Shown here one piece after another: positions 50,722 to 64,000 of a DNA stretch of 64,000 nucleotides. Made by a program: the position numbers and the translations under genes. Source of the DNA: Mobula hypostoma (Eukaryota). The stretch spans positions 74,030,001 to 74,094,000 of the forward strand of contig NC_086108.1 of assembly GCF_963921235.1 (NCBI RefSeq). The letters run 5' to 3'. The notes under the pieces were generated by a model. The model was not told the origin of the DNA, made no database searches, and saw nothing but the letters and a program-made list of their open reading frames with translations. Numbering within the stretch: position 1 is the first letter of the stretch; each line of letters starts with the position of its first letter.

Positions 50722-51007
50722 AACAGTACGACAACAGCGATTACTGAGAACTGCACTAAACTGAACTGAACTCTGCTTCACTTATCATTTTACCCCTAGA
50801 CTGCAATAGAGCTTGGTTGCTTCCTATTACTCTAGTTCTGTGTATATGTGTGTATTATCATTGCTAACCTGTTACATTTATATCCCTACGATTAGTGTAC
50901 TGTATTACTTATTCCTTTAAATAAAACTTTATTAGTTTCTAGTAATCCAGACTCCAATGAGCATTCCATTTCGCTGGTTTGGCAACCCAGTTACGGGGTA
51001 CGTAACA
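50167..51007 (+). mobile_element. Probable solo LTR (Gypsy-like)
   Basis: TGtgacg...cgtaaCA inverted termini, AATAAA near 50919, internal (TC)n; no TSD found. Confidence 0.6.
50685..50721 (+). repeat. (TC)n microsatellite
   Basis: Direct reading. Confidence 0.9.
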
Positions 51008-52099
51008 TAATTAACTTCTCAATTATACCATCACATTTAACTTACTGGAATTAATTGGAGTGGCTGCTCCTGTGTTGATAAAAGACAGAAAAACATAGAT
51101 TCTCTATCATCTTCAAATCAAATTGCTTTATAATAGCAAGTGGACAGGAAATTCCATATAGAGCTCAGTGGCATCACTCACATGTATAGTTCATAGATTC
51201 TATTGCAATTTCAAGTATTTGGAGCATCTTACCTAAACTGAGCACCAAGGAATATACTATCAGTGGATATGTTCAACCAAAACTGGTCTGCTATCATAAT
51301 TGAACACATTAAGTCCTGGTCTCAAAGCAGGTCCACTTAAATCTATAAAATCAGATACTAGCTGCAATTAAGTTGTAATGTTTTTTTGTTAAAAAGGTGT
51401 GTCTCATCTGTGTCTTGGAAGAAAACTGTACTGCACTGAACAACTGTGCTACCACCTGTGTTTTCTTTCCAAACTTCAATATACCTAGGATTATGAGCAT
51501 TGCCTGCAAAGCCTTACACATTTGTTGCACCACTCAATGTTGCTAATGTTCCAAATCAACCTCAATTTCTATAGTATCCTTAAGTACCTTTTTCTTTCTT
51601 TGTATTCAGAATCACATACCATGGTCCTGGAGGAATGCTGTTTCGTTTTTACTCTGTACTGTACAGCAGCTTATGGTCGAAATGACAATAAAAAGCAACT
51701 CGACTAGACTCGACTTGAAAATAGTCAATTCCTGGGGCATGAATTTCAAAGATTTACCAAGCCTCTTAGAGAAGACTTTTTCTTGAACTTAGATTTGTAT
51801 TCTGGAAGAAAAAAACTCCATGGATTCATCGTCTGATTATTCAGAAATTTTGACAGCTCAGCTATAGGCTCATCAGGTGACCTTTTCATTCTCCTATTAA
51901 ACACCATGAGACGTTGTTCCCATGCTCCTTACAAGCATACTGGGGCCATGATTCCAATCATGGGTGTAGAGACAGTAGAGTAGTGGGTTAAGCATGCATT
52001 CTTGAGGTACACTTGTGCTGACTGTCCACAAGGAGACATTATTTCCCATCCACGGAAAGAAAGCCTGTCAGCATTCACCTTATTGAAATAAGGATCAAA

Positions 52100-52370
52100 A
52101 TAAGCTGCAGAGAGTTGTAAACTCAGTCAGCTCCATCATGGCACGAGTCTCCATAGGATCCTGGACATCTTTATAGAGTGGTGCCTCAAAAAAAAATGTG
52201 GCATCCATCATTAAGGACCCCATCACCCAGGACATGCCCTGTTCTCATTGCTACCATCAGGAAGGAAGTACAAGAGCATCAAGGCACACACTCAATAATT
52301 CAGGAACATCTTTTTCCTCCCTCTGCCATTCAATTTCTAAATGGACATTGAACACAAGATTATCTCAATA
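52100..52370 (+). mobile_element. Rex1/Babar-type 3' fragment
   Basis: gcatccatcattaaggacccc...ccatcaggaaggaagtacaagagc motif shared with other copies. Confidence 0.65.
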
Positions 52371-52950
52371 CATCTAACTTTGCACTACCCTTGGAAGTTT
52401 TCATGTTTTATTGTTTTATAACACTGAATCACAGCAGAGTAAATTTGGCTTTGTTTTTGACACTGATCAACAGAAAAACTCTTTCATGTCAAAATGAAAA
52501 AAGATCTCTACAAAGTGACCTAAATTAGTTACAAAAATAAAACAGAAAATAATTGATTGCATAAGTATTCGCCCCCCTAAGTCAGTATTTAGCAGATCCA
52601 CCTTTTGCAGCAATTAAAGCCTTGAGTCTGTGTGGATAGAGCTCTACCAGCTTTGCACATTTGAACCCTTCAATTTTTCCTCAATATTCTTAACAAAACT
52701 GCTCAAGCTCTGTCAGGTTGCATGGGGATCATGAGTGGACAGCCCTTTACAAGTCCAGCCACAAATTCTCAATTGATTGGAGATCTGGACTCTGACTTGG
52801 CCACTCCAGGACATTTACTTGGCTGTTTTTTAAGCCATTCCTATGTAGCTTTGGCTTTTGCTTGGAGTCATTGTATTGCTGGAAAACAAATCTTCTCCGA
52901 AGTTGCAGTTCTCTTGCCAACGGCATCAGGTTTTCCTCCAGGATTTTCCT

Positions 52951-53083
52951 GAAATTTAAGAGACTACTAGACAGGTATATGGAGGAATTTAAGGTGGGGG
53001 TTATATGGGAGGCAAGGTTTAACGGTCCGCACAACATTGTGGGCTGAAGGGCCTGTACTGTGCTGTACTATTCTATGTTCTAT
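52951..53083 (+). mobile_element. Severely truncated young CR1 3' end inserted in Tc1
   Basis: Matches 29878-30003. Confidence 0.85.
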
Positions 53084-53296
53084 GTATGTTGCTGCATTAA
53101 TTTTACCCTCTACCTTCACAAGCCTTCCAGGGCCTGCTGCAGTGAAGCATCCCCACTGCATGATGAAGCCACCACCAGGCTTCATGGGAAGGATAATGTG
53201 TCTTTGATGATGTGCTGTGTTTGGCTTACACCAAACACAGTGTTTAGTCTGATGGCCAAAAAGCTCAATTTTCATTTCATCAGCACATAAAACAGA

Positions 53297-53806
53297 CAGA
53301 CATCCCACCCTGCAAAAACTCATTTCAGGGAGGTAGCACCATCAATTTGCAGGAGACTCCTGGAACTTCCGGGAGAGGTGGGATGTCTGCAATAGAGTAG
53401 CTCCTAAGCAGTTAGCCAGCTAGTTTAAATAACATTAGCTATACTAATGAACGAATGACACCTGTTAAACTCACCTCAACATGTCTCTTACAGTCTTGAC
53501 CCACCATGGGCAATAGAAAAGTCACTGTTGCAAACAGTGCAGCGAGCAATACTGTCATTATTTTGACCCCTATTAGGCAGGGGTACACTTTAGTGTAGTC
53601 TGGGGTGACATACGTTTTATATTTTCTTTTTTTGGAACACTCTGCCATGGCGCGTTTTCTCTCTTGTTTTTTTTTTCTTTTCTCTCTCTCTCGCTCTCTC
53701 TCGAAAAAATTGATTTCCGGGACATTGTATATAATTTGCGGGCATCAGGGAGCCACTATTAATATGTGGGAGACTCCCAGAACTTCTGGGAGAGGTGGGA
53801 TGTCTG
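53297..53806. mobile_element. MITE (hAT-like termini) inserted in Tc1
   Basis: TIR cagacatcccacc / ggtgggatgtctg; flanking duplication ataaaac at 53287-53293 and 53807-53813. Confidence 0.7.
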
Positions 53807-56800
53807 ATAAAACCTTCTTCCAGCTGATTTCAGAATCTCCACATGCCTACTGGCAAACTCTAGCTGAAATTTCACGTGAATTTTTTCTTTCCCCCTAACA
53901 GTAGCTTTCTCTTTGCCACTCTCCCATAAAACTGCAACTGATGAAGCCCCAGGCAACAGTTGTTATATGTCTAGTCTTTCCCATCTCAGCCGCTGAAACT
54001 TGAAACTCATCCAGAGTTGTCATTGGTCTCTTGGTGGCCTCCCTCGCTAATCCCCTTCTTGCACAGTCACTCATTTTTTGAGGACAGCCTATTCTAGGCA
54101 GATTTACAGCTGTGCCATATTCTTTCCATTTCTTGATGATTGACTTAACTGTACTCCAAGGGATGTTCAGTGACTTGGTAAATTTTCATACTTTCATCTC
54201 CGAACTTGTGCCTTTCAATGACCTTTTCATGGAGTTGCTTGGAGTGTTCCTTTGTCTTCATGATGTAGTTTTTGGCAGGACACTGACTCACCAGCAGTTG
54301 GACCTTCCAGATACAGGTGTATTTTTACAACAATCATTTGAAACATCTTGGCTGCACACAGGTCTCCAAAAACAGATCCCCATTTAACTAATTATGTGAC
54401 TTCTAAAACCAATTGGCTGAACCAGTGATGATCTGGTGTGTTATATTAAAGCGGGGGGGTGAATACGTAACATTGAGTTACCATTTACTCAAAATAATGT
54501 TCAAAAATGTCCAAGTTCATAAGGAAAAGAATAAAATAAAAAGAGTTAACATTAGGAGAATAATAACAAATAATTCTAAATAGGAAGTTCCATATAAACT
54601 GTATACTATAGTTAAAAATGATCTAGTCCTTACACCCTATTGAAGCAAACAGTTAAATGGAATACCCACTTTAAAGGCATGCACAGAGTAAAATCATTGT
54701 TGTTTTAAATGAAAAAGAACTTTAAAACAATTTAAAAGAAACAAAAATGTCATTTGTAAACAAACAATGCAAATTGCTCTAAATTCGAGAATGCTCTGTC
54801 AAGTGCATTACTGGAGATACAGACACCAGATGCTTTCAAACTGTAGCTGATAACGTGACGCTACAAAAATACCAGATTGATCATCAATGCATCAAAGCAG
54901 TTATTTAATGTAATCATGCCTTGTTCTTGAATATAGTTATCCAGTAATTCCCGGGCCATTCCGTTGCAAACAACTGTAAAATATTACTTTCATCGGATAC
55001 AAAATTATATCGATAGGCCTTACAGTGACAAGATTTCATTCCAATCGGCAGGATAAACAATAAGACTTAGATGAGAGATTGACCTCCCACACCAAGACAA
55101 ATATCTTGTTTCCAGGATGATGCATCGGCAAGTTTGCGGCGCTGGAAGCTCATGGCAGGGAGAGTTTTCTTCCTTCTCCCGTCTGCGTGAGATGATGGTA
55201 TTTCCGACAGACTTTGAGACTTTTTTTTAAGAACGTGCCCATGGTCTGTTCTTCATCAAATTACGGTATTGCTTGCACTGTTGTAACTATATGTTACAAT
55301 TATGTGATTTTTGTCAGTTTTTCAGTCTTGGTCTGTCTTGTGTTTCTGTGATATCTCACTGGAGGAACATTGTATCATTTCTTAATGCATGCATTACTAA
55401 ATGACAATAAAGGAGGACTCCGTGTCCTCATAATCTAATCAATTATTCTCCTCTGATCAACTCAATCATACTTTGGATGCTTGTGTCAGAATGATCTCAC
55501 AAATATATTGTGCTTGTCACTGCCTCCAATAACAACCTGTCAAATCATTACACCAAAACAGGCCAATTGGACATTCATTCTGGAATCTTTCTATGCTTGA
55601 AATGCTTCCCCATTTGCTGTGCAATTCATGAATGTAAAGTGCTATGGCACAAAACGAGCCCCTACAACCAGGAATGGTCATAATTTTTTTGCTTTCCTGT
55701 AGAACTGATGAAAAGTAAATATTTGTCCCAAAAAAACCAAAGTTCTCTGCAGGGTTTCAAAGACTATTTTAATTTAACACAAACTGAACTATACATTTAC
55801 TACTGCATTAACATATATCAGCCTAGATCAAGTTTAAGACCTAAAATAGAGCTTTCAGTTAAAGATAGCATCAGAGGGCGACTTCTCTTAGCTCATCAGT
55901 AAAACGGTTAAATTCTTCCTATTCTCTATTTTTTCTAATATCTCTATTTTCCATGGTGGATGATGGGAATGCTGATGCTTTATGCTAGAATAAAGCATGG
56001 TGGGTTGATGTCGTTTGCGTGTGAGAGGGGGCAAGGGACTTTGGGGTTCTTACGTCTTCTTTCTACCATTCATTCTTTGAGGGGTTTCTTCTGTTACGAG
56101 GATGTCTGCGGAGAGTAAGAATTTCAGGCTGTCTATTATATACATTCTCTGATATTAAATGGAACTACTGATCTATGACTGAAAAGTGAAATGCCATAAA
56201 TTTCAAATTCCAAACATGACAGAGGCAAACACTGAAACAGGCCTTTTAGCCCACTTAGGTTGTGCCAATCATCAACCACCCATTTACACTAATAAGACAT
56301 AGAAGCAAAATCCTATATTAATACAATTTGTATTCTCCTCATATTCTCATCAACTCCTCCAGATACTCCCATTCATCGACATATTGAAGGAAAGTTTACA
56401 GAGGCCAATTAACCTACCAACCTCCATGTCCTTAGGATGATGAGAAAACCTATATGACCACAGGGAGAATCTGTAAGTTTTATGTGGATCTTTGTCAGCA
56501 ACATAAACCAAAAGAATAGTCACTGTTTATCAGTAAAGTAGGACCCAGCTCAAAGCCATGATATTAAAATGCTAATTAAATAGCATTGGAACATCAATCA
56601 TAATAGCTTTAACCTTTATCCAGGAAATACTGAAACCGATTAAGCATTTCAGGCAGAGTGATCTTAAGGGACTGCAGATAAAAGCAAACACGGTATGATC
56701 CAACAATTGAATGAAAAGAAACTTGGCATTTTACTCCAGCTTGCTAAATCCTATTACATTCCATTCTTTACGTTATCCTCTTCAGAATTCTGTTCTATGT

Positions 56801-58019
56801 TCTGTACCCAATACTCCATGCAAAATTATTTCCAACAAACTGAAACTCCAAAGTGCTGAATCAAATTAGCCTACCATGACTGTGTTAAATTACAATCAGT
56901 AGATTTAACATTAAACAGATATAATTAATAGTTTTCGCAATGAAACAGAATGAGACCACAATTACAAATTTAACTATGATATGCTGTGAATATCACTACA
57001 AAAAGGCACTTGACTCTACAAGGTTTGACTAGTCATGTATACATTGGAAAAGTCTCTTGCCACCGTCATCTTTCTTGAATTCGGAGCAAATTCCCATCAA
57101 AATATACAAGGAGCTACAAAAGATAATTCCATCTAAGCAAGCTCTATATATAGACTGATGTTGAGAAATATATTTTTCTTCTTTTACTTAGGGAAACACC
57201 AATCTTGTTATAACTCGCCACAAAAAACAGTGCGCACAATGTGTTCTGGAGGAATTTCATTCAACACTGAATGAGTCAAAGCAAATTATTGACCGTGCCC
57301 AATCTCACAACTTTAATCATAACTCTCCATGGAAATCATCACTCAAGGCAAGCTTGCATAATATCCAAACCAGGTAACCAGAACTACCTAGTAAAATTCC
57401 TGTAAAGAAAAACACGTCTAAATGGCTTTGAACTACAACTTCAACTCCTACTCCTGTGGTCAAAGCTTTGCTACTTTTTGGAACTTTGTGCTTTGCTCCA
57501 GATAGAAACCAGACTTCAAAAGTAATTCATTAAAATGTTCCAAAGACATAAAAGCGATTATAATGCAAAGACTGCAAAATGGCATCATTTTCTCCAATTG
57601 GAACATTCTGTAAACATACCCTTGAATATTGCAGCAAATGTCACGTTTTGCTTAGGCAGTGAAACATATCAAGACACGGAGAATGGATATCTCTGAGGTT
57701 CTAAGTGACATGAATTTGGAAAGTACTTGTAGAGATGGCTGGGAATTGCACAAGTAGCATCAGATAATAGATTTAAGATGAGCCAAAGTAAACAAATGCA
57801 AAGGAAAACAGACTACAAATAACTAAAATTATTGAGCTGTGATTATTTATTTTTAAACTTATCGAAATCACCACACCTGATTATTCATAAGATAGAAAGC
57901 TACGGAATTACATATATGCCCAGTTGCGTGCTAATAAAACAACAAGGAAAGAAGCATCTGCCAATTAAGAGGCCTTTACACGTTCAGAATTCAAAGTCTA
58001 CATGTTCCTGCAGGGAAAA

Positions 58020-59505
58020 GAGCGCAGTTGGCAGGCTCAGCAAATCCTTAGTTATGAAAGATAATTTGAGGTTCTGGTTAAGAAAGAGATGCAAGTATAC
58101 ACCCTGTGTGTAAGAAATTAGAAACTAGTACACATCTTGATGACTACAAGTGTGGAAGTATACTTGAAAGACAAAGCAAAAAGAGGATGAGAGGATCTGG
58201 CAGGCAATATGAAGCAAAATCCAAAGGGATTTATGAGTATATCAAGAGTAAAAGGATGTCTAGGAAGAGAAAAGCTCCCCTTAAAGATCAGCATGGCCAC
58301 CTGTATCTGGAACCATAGGAAATGGCGAGATTTTTAATTAATATTTCTCTTGTTTTTATGATGGAAGTTAAGGAAATGGGAGAATCCAGTGGTGTTGTCT
58401 TTGACCTCATACAAGTTACCAAGGAGAAAGTATTAGAGGCCTTAAGTTGGATTGGCAGATGCTGTGGGAAGCTAAAGAAGAAATCATGGAGGCCCTTGCA
58501 GCGATTCTTGTTTTATCTCTTGTCACAGCTGAAGTTTCCAAGGACTAAAGAGTGGCTAATGTGGCATCATTGTTTTAAAAGGGTAGCATAAACTAGCCAG
58601 GAAACCATAAGCCAGTGAGTCTAACATCGCAGTTGGTAAATTGCTAGAGGGGATTCTGAGGGACATGATCTACCAACACAGCAGCAGTCAGCATGGATTT
58701 GTGCTTGGGAGGTCATGTCTGCCAAATCCCTTTTGAGTTGCTAGAGGAGGTAATCAAGAAGGTAGATGAGGGTAAAGCAGTGGATGCTGCCCGCATGAAC
58801 TGTAGCAAGACCTTTGACAAAGTCTCTCATGTCAGGGTAATCGGGAAGGTTTGGACTTTATTCCCTGGAGCGGTGGGATATTTCACTTTTTGCCCTTAAC
58901 CTTCAGTTCTAGTCTCATTTAACCTTGGAAGAAAAAGCCTGCTCATATTTAATCCATCTACTGTATATCAGACATCGCTGAGTTCACACTTGGAGTACTA
59001 TGTATAGTTTTGGTCATGATATTATATTGAAGATATTAGTAAAGAGTGAAAAGATCTACCAGAAAGTTGCCTGAACTTGAAGCCTCAGTTACAAGGAAGG
59101 GTTGCACAGACTAGGAATTTATTCCTTAACATAGGAGATTGAGGGCTGACCCCACAGAAGTGTACCAGGTCACGGAAGGGATAAACAGAAACAAAGCACA
59201 TGATTTTCCCCTCCAGGGAGGAGAGAATAAACCAGGGCATAGGTTTAATATCAAAGGCAATAGATCTGAAAGGGCCATTGGGGCAGATTATTCACACAAA
59301 GTAGGGTAAGTATTTGGAACAGCTGCCAGAAATAGTGGTTGAAGCAGGCACATTAGCAACATTTAAAAGCCATCTAGACAAGTACATGATCACGAATTGT
59401 TTGGTGGACAACGGGCCAAAAACAAACAGAAAGGACTAACTAGTTATTACAAATGAGTTGGGTCAAGGGCCTGATTTCCTGCTAAACGACTCTGATTTTA
59501 CATGA
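58020..59505 (+). mobile_element. Old, heavily decayed CR1 LINE
   Basis: Remnants YIKSKR...PLKDQHG and [14 protein letters not shown]...KTFDKVSH. Confidence 0.75.
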
Positions 59506-59883
59506 CTATCTAATGGATCTCATGATTGAAAAGCCAACATACATCTACTCATGTCTAGAAGAACAGATTACTGACAGGGTTTAACTTTAAGAAAAGTAAA
59601 ACAGATGCCAAATGGATTGAGATTAAACAATAGTTCAACAATAAATCAGGGCTCAACTGCTTACTGTGTAAGACCTGTTGTGGGGTGGATGAAGTCACCG
59701 AAGAGACAGAGTTACTGGTAGATACAAAGCAGCTTCTTTATTCGACACAACAAGGTACAGCAGGCATCATACGGATGGAGACGCTTTAGGTAGCCGAAAG
59801 TGGGCTCGATATTTGTTTGCTAAACACAAAGGGCAATCCCTATTTACGGAGTTAGAGACAATGCATAGACAATAGAGAGGGAT

Positions 59884-60474
59884 AGGGATAGAGTTTAAGA
59901 GTCGCAATGTAATGATGCAGCTCTATAAAACTCTGGTTAGGCCACTCTTGGAGTATTGTGTCCAGTTCTGGTCACCTCGCTATAGGAAGGATGTGGAAGC
60001 ATTGGAAAGGGTACAGAGGAGATTTATCAGGATGCTGCCTGGTTTAGAAAGTATGCATTATGATCAGAGATTAAGGGAGCTAGGGCTTTACTCTTTGGAG
60101 AGAAGGAGGATGAGAGGAGACATGATAGAGGTGTACAAGATAATAAGAGGAATAGATAGAGTGGATAGCCAGCGCCTCTTCCCCAGGGCACCACTGCTCA
60201 ATACAAGAAGACATGGCTTTAAGGTAAGGGGTGGGAAGTTCAAGGGGGATATTAGAGGAAGGTTTTTTTACTCAGAGAGTGGTTGGTGCGTGGAATGCAC
60301 TGGTCAGTGGTCAGAAGTCAGTGGTGGAGGCAGATACACTAGTGAAGTTTAAGAGACTACTAGACAGGTATATGGAGGAATTTAAGGTGGGGGCTTATAT
60401 GGGAGGCAGGGTTTGAGGGTCAGCACAACATTGTGGGCCGAAGGGCCTGTACTGTGCTGTACTATTCTATGTTC
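59884..60474 (+). mobile_element. Young CR1 LINE 3' end
   Basis: ORF 59912-60352; near-identical to 29431-30003. Confidence 0.9.
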
Positions 60475-60924
60475 TTTCTTTTGAAGCAACATACAAAACA
60501 TCACACCTTCTCACTTCATCCTTTCCTCCTGACGCCTGCATGTCTGGGTTGGTACTCACAGCCTTTAGGAATGCAAGTTAAATCCACAATACATTTATTT
60601 GGTATTTTATGTGCTAACATAGAGGACAATTCATATTTATAAAGTACAGATAAGGCTGTCTTCGAAACTAGCTGTAAACTTCACACTTCCATCCGCAGCG
60701 TCTGGGCTAGTATTCCGATATTCATATCTTTTAGGAAATGCATTGTTGTGAACTCAATCTCAAACAGAAGACTGGTGGCCAGAGTCATTTAAGTGTAAAT
60801 GAATCATCTACCCAAAAACTCACTCTAACAAGACCTACCCTGGTTTGTCCGCCCAAAGTGTAACACCTTACACTTGTCTGCATTATTCATCTGCCATTTT
60901 TCAGCCCAATTTTCCCAGTCCTCA

Positions 60925-61097
60925 TCCAACCAGGATGAGGACTAGCCAATCAGGAGAAATGGAATTATGGGGGTATAAATACCACTGGACAAGACATACC
61001 CAGGCATCATCCCTGAAGAAGATAGCAGAGATTATCATCGAAATGTCAGTTATAAGCAATTTCTGTACCCGGCTGGAAGCCCGAGAAGAGTTTATTA
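60925..61097 (+). mobile_element. Terminal-repeat fragment of a second Penelope-like family with a hammerhead-like motif
   Basis: ccaatc, tataaata, then CTGAAGA...GAAATGTC (61013-61047), ending gaagcccgagaagagtttatt. Confidence 0.55.
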
Positions 61098-63089
61098 AGA
61101 ATTATCCTATTAACAATCTAACATATGACAATTAAACTTGATCTTGAACTGGAGCAGTCCAATCTCTCAAACTGCATTTTGCTGTTCTAAGTAGAGAACA
61201 CATAGGGAATACTGAATGCTAAATTGGGTGAAGTGTCAGTAAATTACTGCATGCAAGTTACCTCTTGCACACTACTTCAATGAAGTACAACATACCACAA
61301 GCTCAATGTTTCATCTCGTGCCAAGACACGCAACAAGCCTCAGGGCTCAACATTGTAGTCATTCATTTCATATAATAAGACTTTCCAGTTTGTATCAGAA
61401 GAAATCACCCTGACCATCTAAGAGCAGGAAATGCTAGAGCTGCTTCAGTAAGGAGGGGTGTGGCAACCTGGGATAATAACTGCATCACGCTCAATAGCTG
61501 TTGCCTTGCCTGCTTTGTATTTCCAGGATTTCCTGGTTCTGTTTGATTTTTTTTATTTGTTTATAAATTCCTGACCAGATCTAATGTAATGTGACTCAGT
61601 ATTCTCTCCTCACCTGTGCTGCTTGACCTACAACATTTTCACAGCATTTGCCCTCATTTCAAATTTCCAGCCATTGCTGAAATGTACAGTATATCACACA
61701 AATAGTTTTATCATTCCCTCCCCTCCAGTGTTTCTCTCTTCTCTTTTCTCTTGATTTATAGTCTACTCCAACAGATTAGCTTCAATTAACAAAACTACCC
61801 TCTCTCCTCATTCAACAATAGCCTATGAAATTCATATTTTCTTGGGAACCATGCTATCTCAGTTGTTTCTTTTGTTCTTATCATCTCTGCCTTCTTCTCA
61901 GCAACTTCAAGCATTTTCCCCGTTCGAAAGAAAACCCAGTGAATTGAAACCTACCCGTTTTCTGTAGGTGCCGCCTCATATGCCGAGTTATTTCCTGCAT
62001 TTTCTGATTTTGTTTCCTATTTCTCAAGCATTGATCTATTGAAAGTAGTTGGTCAGATTTATCAATAGCAATTATGTCTCGTATTTATTATGCTCCCATA
62101 ACATAGTAAAAAATCCAAAGGTGATTAATGGGAGAGTTATCAAAATGAAATTGCATTTTATACTATAAGGTAGCCAAAAGATTCTTTCAAAAGGTAGGCT
62201 TTTTAAGAACAGAAAGGAAGAGAGGCAAAGAAGCTAAAAAAGATCATTCCAAAGCTTAGGAAGTAGAAAGGGAAGATGCCAATGTTCAAGAAAGGATGGG
62301 TAAGGCCGGAATCAGCCGAGCATAGTTGTCAAAAGGTTCTATGGCTCAAGAAAGTTACATGTAAAAGATGGGATAAGGCCAATTTGAAAACTGGAATTTA
62401 AATATTTAAAGTTTTGCAGGAGTGGGAGCTAGCATAGGTCAATATAGTAAATGAAATTAGTGCAATGAGAAATGAGAATAAATAATTGAAAATTTTGCAT
62501 AATAAGGGAAGTTAAACTGGGAAATTGGCCAGTACAGCAGTAGTATTTTGTCCTTGAAGGTATTAAATATTTTTTACCTGTATGCAACAGGCTGACAAAA
62601 AGAGCAAATATTCATAGAAAACTATGGCACACTTAAAAGAAACAAAAGTAATCTGAAAATGAAAACATGTTGATGAAATTAAAATAAAATGTCAGGAATT
62701 CATTCAATCAGAAATGGTAAAGAAAACACACAGTTTTTCTTTTATTCCATGGTCTTTCATAACTCTGATCCAGCTTCGGTTCTAATGAAGGCCCTAGCCT
62801 GAACATGAAATAATCTGCTCTCTCCACCAAGTCTGACTTATCTAGTTTGTTTCTGATACTACTGTAATTATTTTACAATTCCCTTAAGTTGTACGTTTCA
62901 AATAAATAGTCAAAAGTATGCACTGAATTTTCATTTGACATTAAAATTTTTTAAAATGGTAACAGAAACATATAATCCTTCCTGTTTGCATAAATCAAAC
63001 TGGTGGAGGAAGTCAGCAGCATCTGTGGGATGAAGGAATTGATAACATTAAAGATCAGGGCCAGGAGTGGAGAGGGAAGACAGCCAGTA

Positions 63090-63990
63090 TAAAGAGGTGA
63101 GGGAGCACATTCCAGGCACCCATCACTCTGTGCAAAATAAACTTGACCCACACATCTCCTTTGAACTTAACCCATTTCACCTTAAGTATATGCCTTCGAG
63201 TATGAAACATTTTGACACTGAGAAAATTATACCAGCAGCCTTTGCTATGCCTCTCATAATCTTATAAGCATCTATCAGTCTCTCCTCAGCCTCTGCCATT
63301 CCTCATCTCTTTTCTAAAGGGACATCTTTGTATTCTGAGGCTGTGCCCTCTGGTTCTCAACTCTCCTACTATTGGAAACATCCTCGTCATGTCCTCTATC
63401 TAGGCCCTTCATTCTTCAGGAGGTTTCAATCAGATTCCCACCCTCATTCTTCTAAACTTCAGTAAGTACAAGCTGAGAGCCATCAAAGGCTCCTCATTTT
63501 AACCCTTTCAATCCTGGGATATTTCTCATAAACCTCCTCTGAACCGTCTCTAATGCAAGCACAGTGTGGAATTCATTGCCACAGACAGCTGTGGAGGCCA
63601 AGTCATTGGGTATACTTAAGGTGGAAATTGAGGGTTCTTGATTAGTTAGGGCATTAAAGGTTATGGGGAGAAGGCAAAAGAATGGGGTTGAGAAGGATAA
63701 GAAGTCACCCATGATGGAATAGCAGAGCAAACTTGACAGGACAAATGGCCTTATTGTGCTCCCCTGCCTTATGGTTCTTTATTAGATATGGGGCCCAGCT
63801 GCTCACAATACTACAAATATGATCTGACCAACAACTTATAAAGCCTCATTACATTCTTGCTTTTATATTCTAGCCCTCTTGAAATAAATGCGAACATTGA
63901 ATTTGCCTTTCTTACTGCCAACTCAACTTACAATTTAATACTTAGGAATACTTAAGGATTCCCGAATCCCTTTGCATCTCTGAATTCTGA
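63090..63990. mobile_element. Decayed CR1 3' fragments, mostly minus strand with a plus-strand segment at about 63562-63780
   Basis: ORF 63494-63730 ends VLALETVQRRFMRNIPGLKGL; CR1-type 3' tail in the opposite orientation inside. Confidence 0.6.
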
Positions 63991-64000
63991 ACTCTTGAAC

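Larger units (their letters stand above)
52380..54468 (-). mobile_element. Decayed Tc1/mariner transposon (second family) with two nested inserts
   Basis: ORF 52967-53323 (DEMKIELFG, GGGFIMQWGCF) and ORF 52747-53037 (FQQYND, WPSQSPDL.SIENLW). Confidence 0.85.

Noticed and set aside
1..64000. CRISPR arrays, operons or prokaryotic defence systems
   Set aside because: No regularly spaced repeats or bacterial-type gene density; content is vertebrate intronic DNA

Overview
Vertebrate genomic DNA, very rich in repeats. The repeat spectrum (CR1, Rex1/Babar-type, L1, Penelope-like GIY-YIG elements, V-SINE/HE1-type SINEs, Tc1, Tigger, hAT) suggests a cartilaginous fish; this is an inference. The window appears to lie within the 5' part of a minus-strand MAST-family (microtubule-associated Ser/Thr kinase) gene. 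Two GT-AG coding exons absent from the ORF track (42187-42337 and 25203-25318) splice in frame to AELSGTSPWLFRKLSNPDL...RRGSFGAAMG-GKHLL...SSNLVRMRNQAFGQSAPSLTAGM. Everything else is intron, mostly decayed and nested transposons. The most notable signal is a family of Penelope-like terminal repeats carrying minimal hammerhead-ribozyme motifs. Two identical intact copies lie sense to the MAST pre-mRNA and bracket both exons. Several short palindromic insertions (two with 14-bp target-site duplications) turn around at the ribozyme, and a second Penelope family carries a different hammerhead. Repeat boundaries were set by eye and are approximate unless a TSD or TIR is cited.
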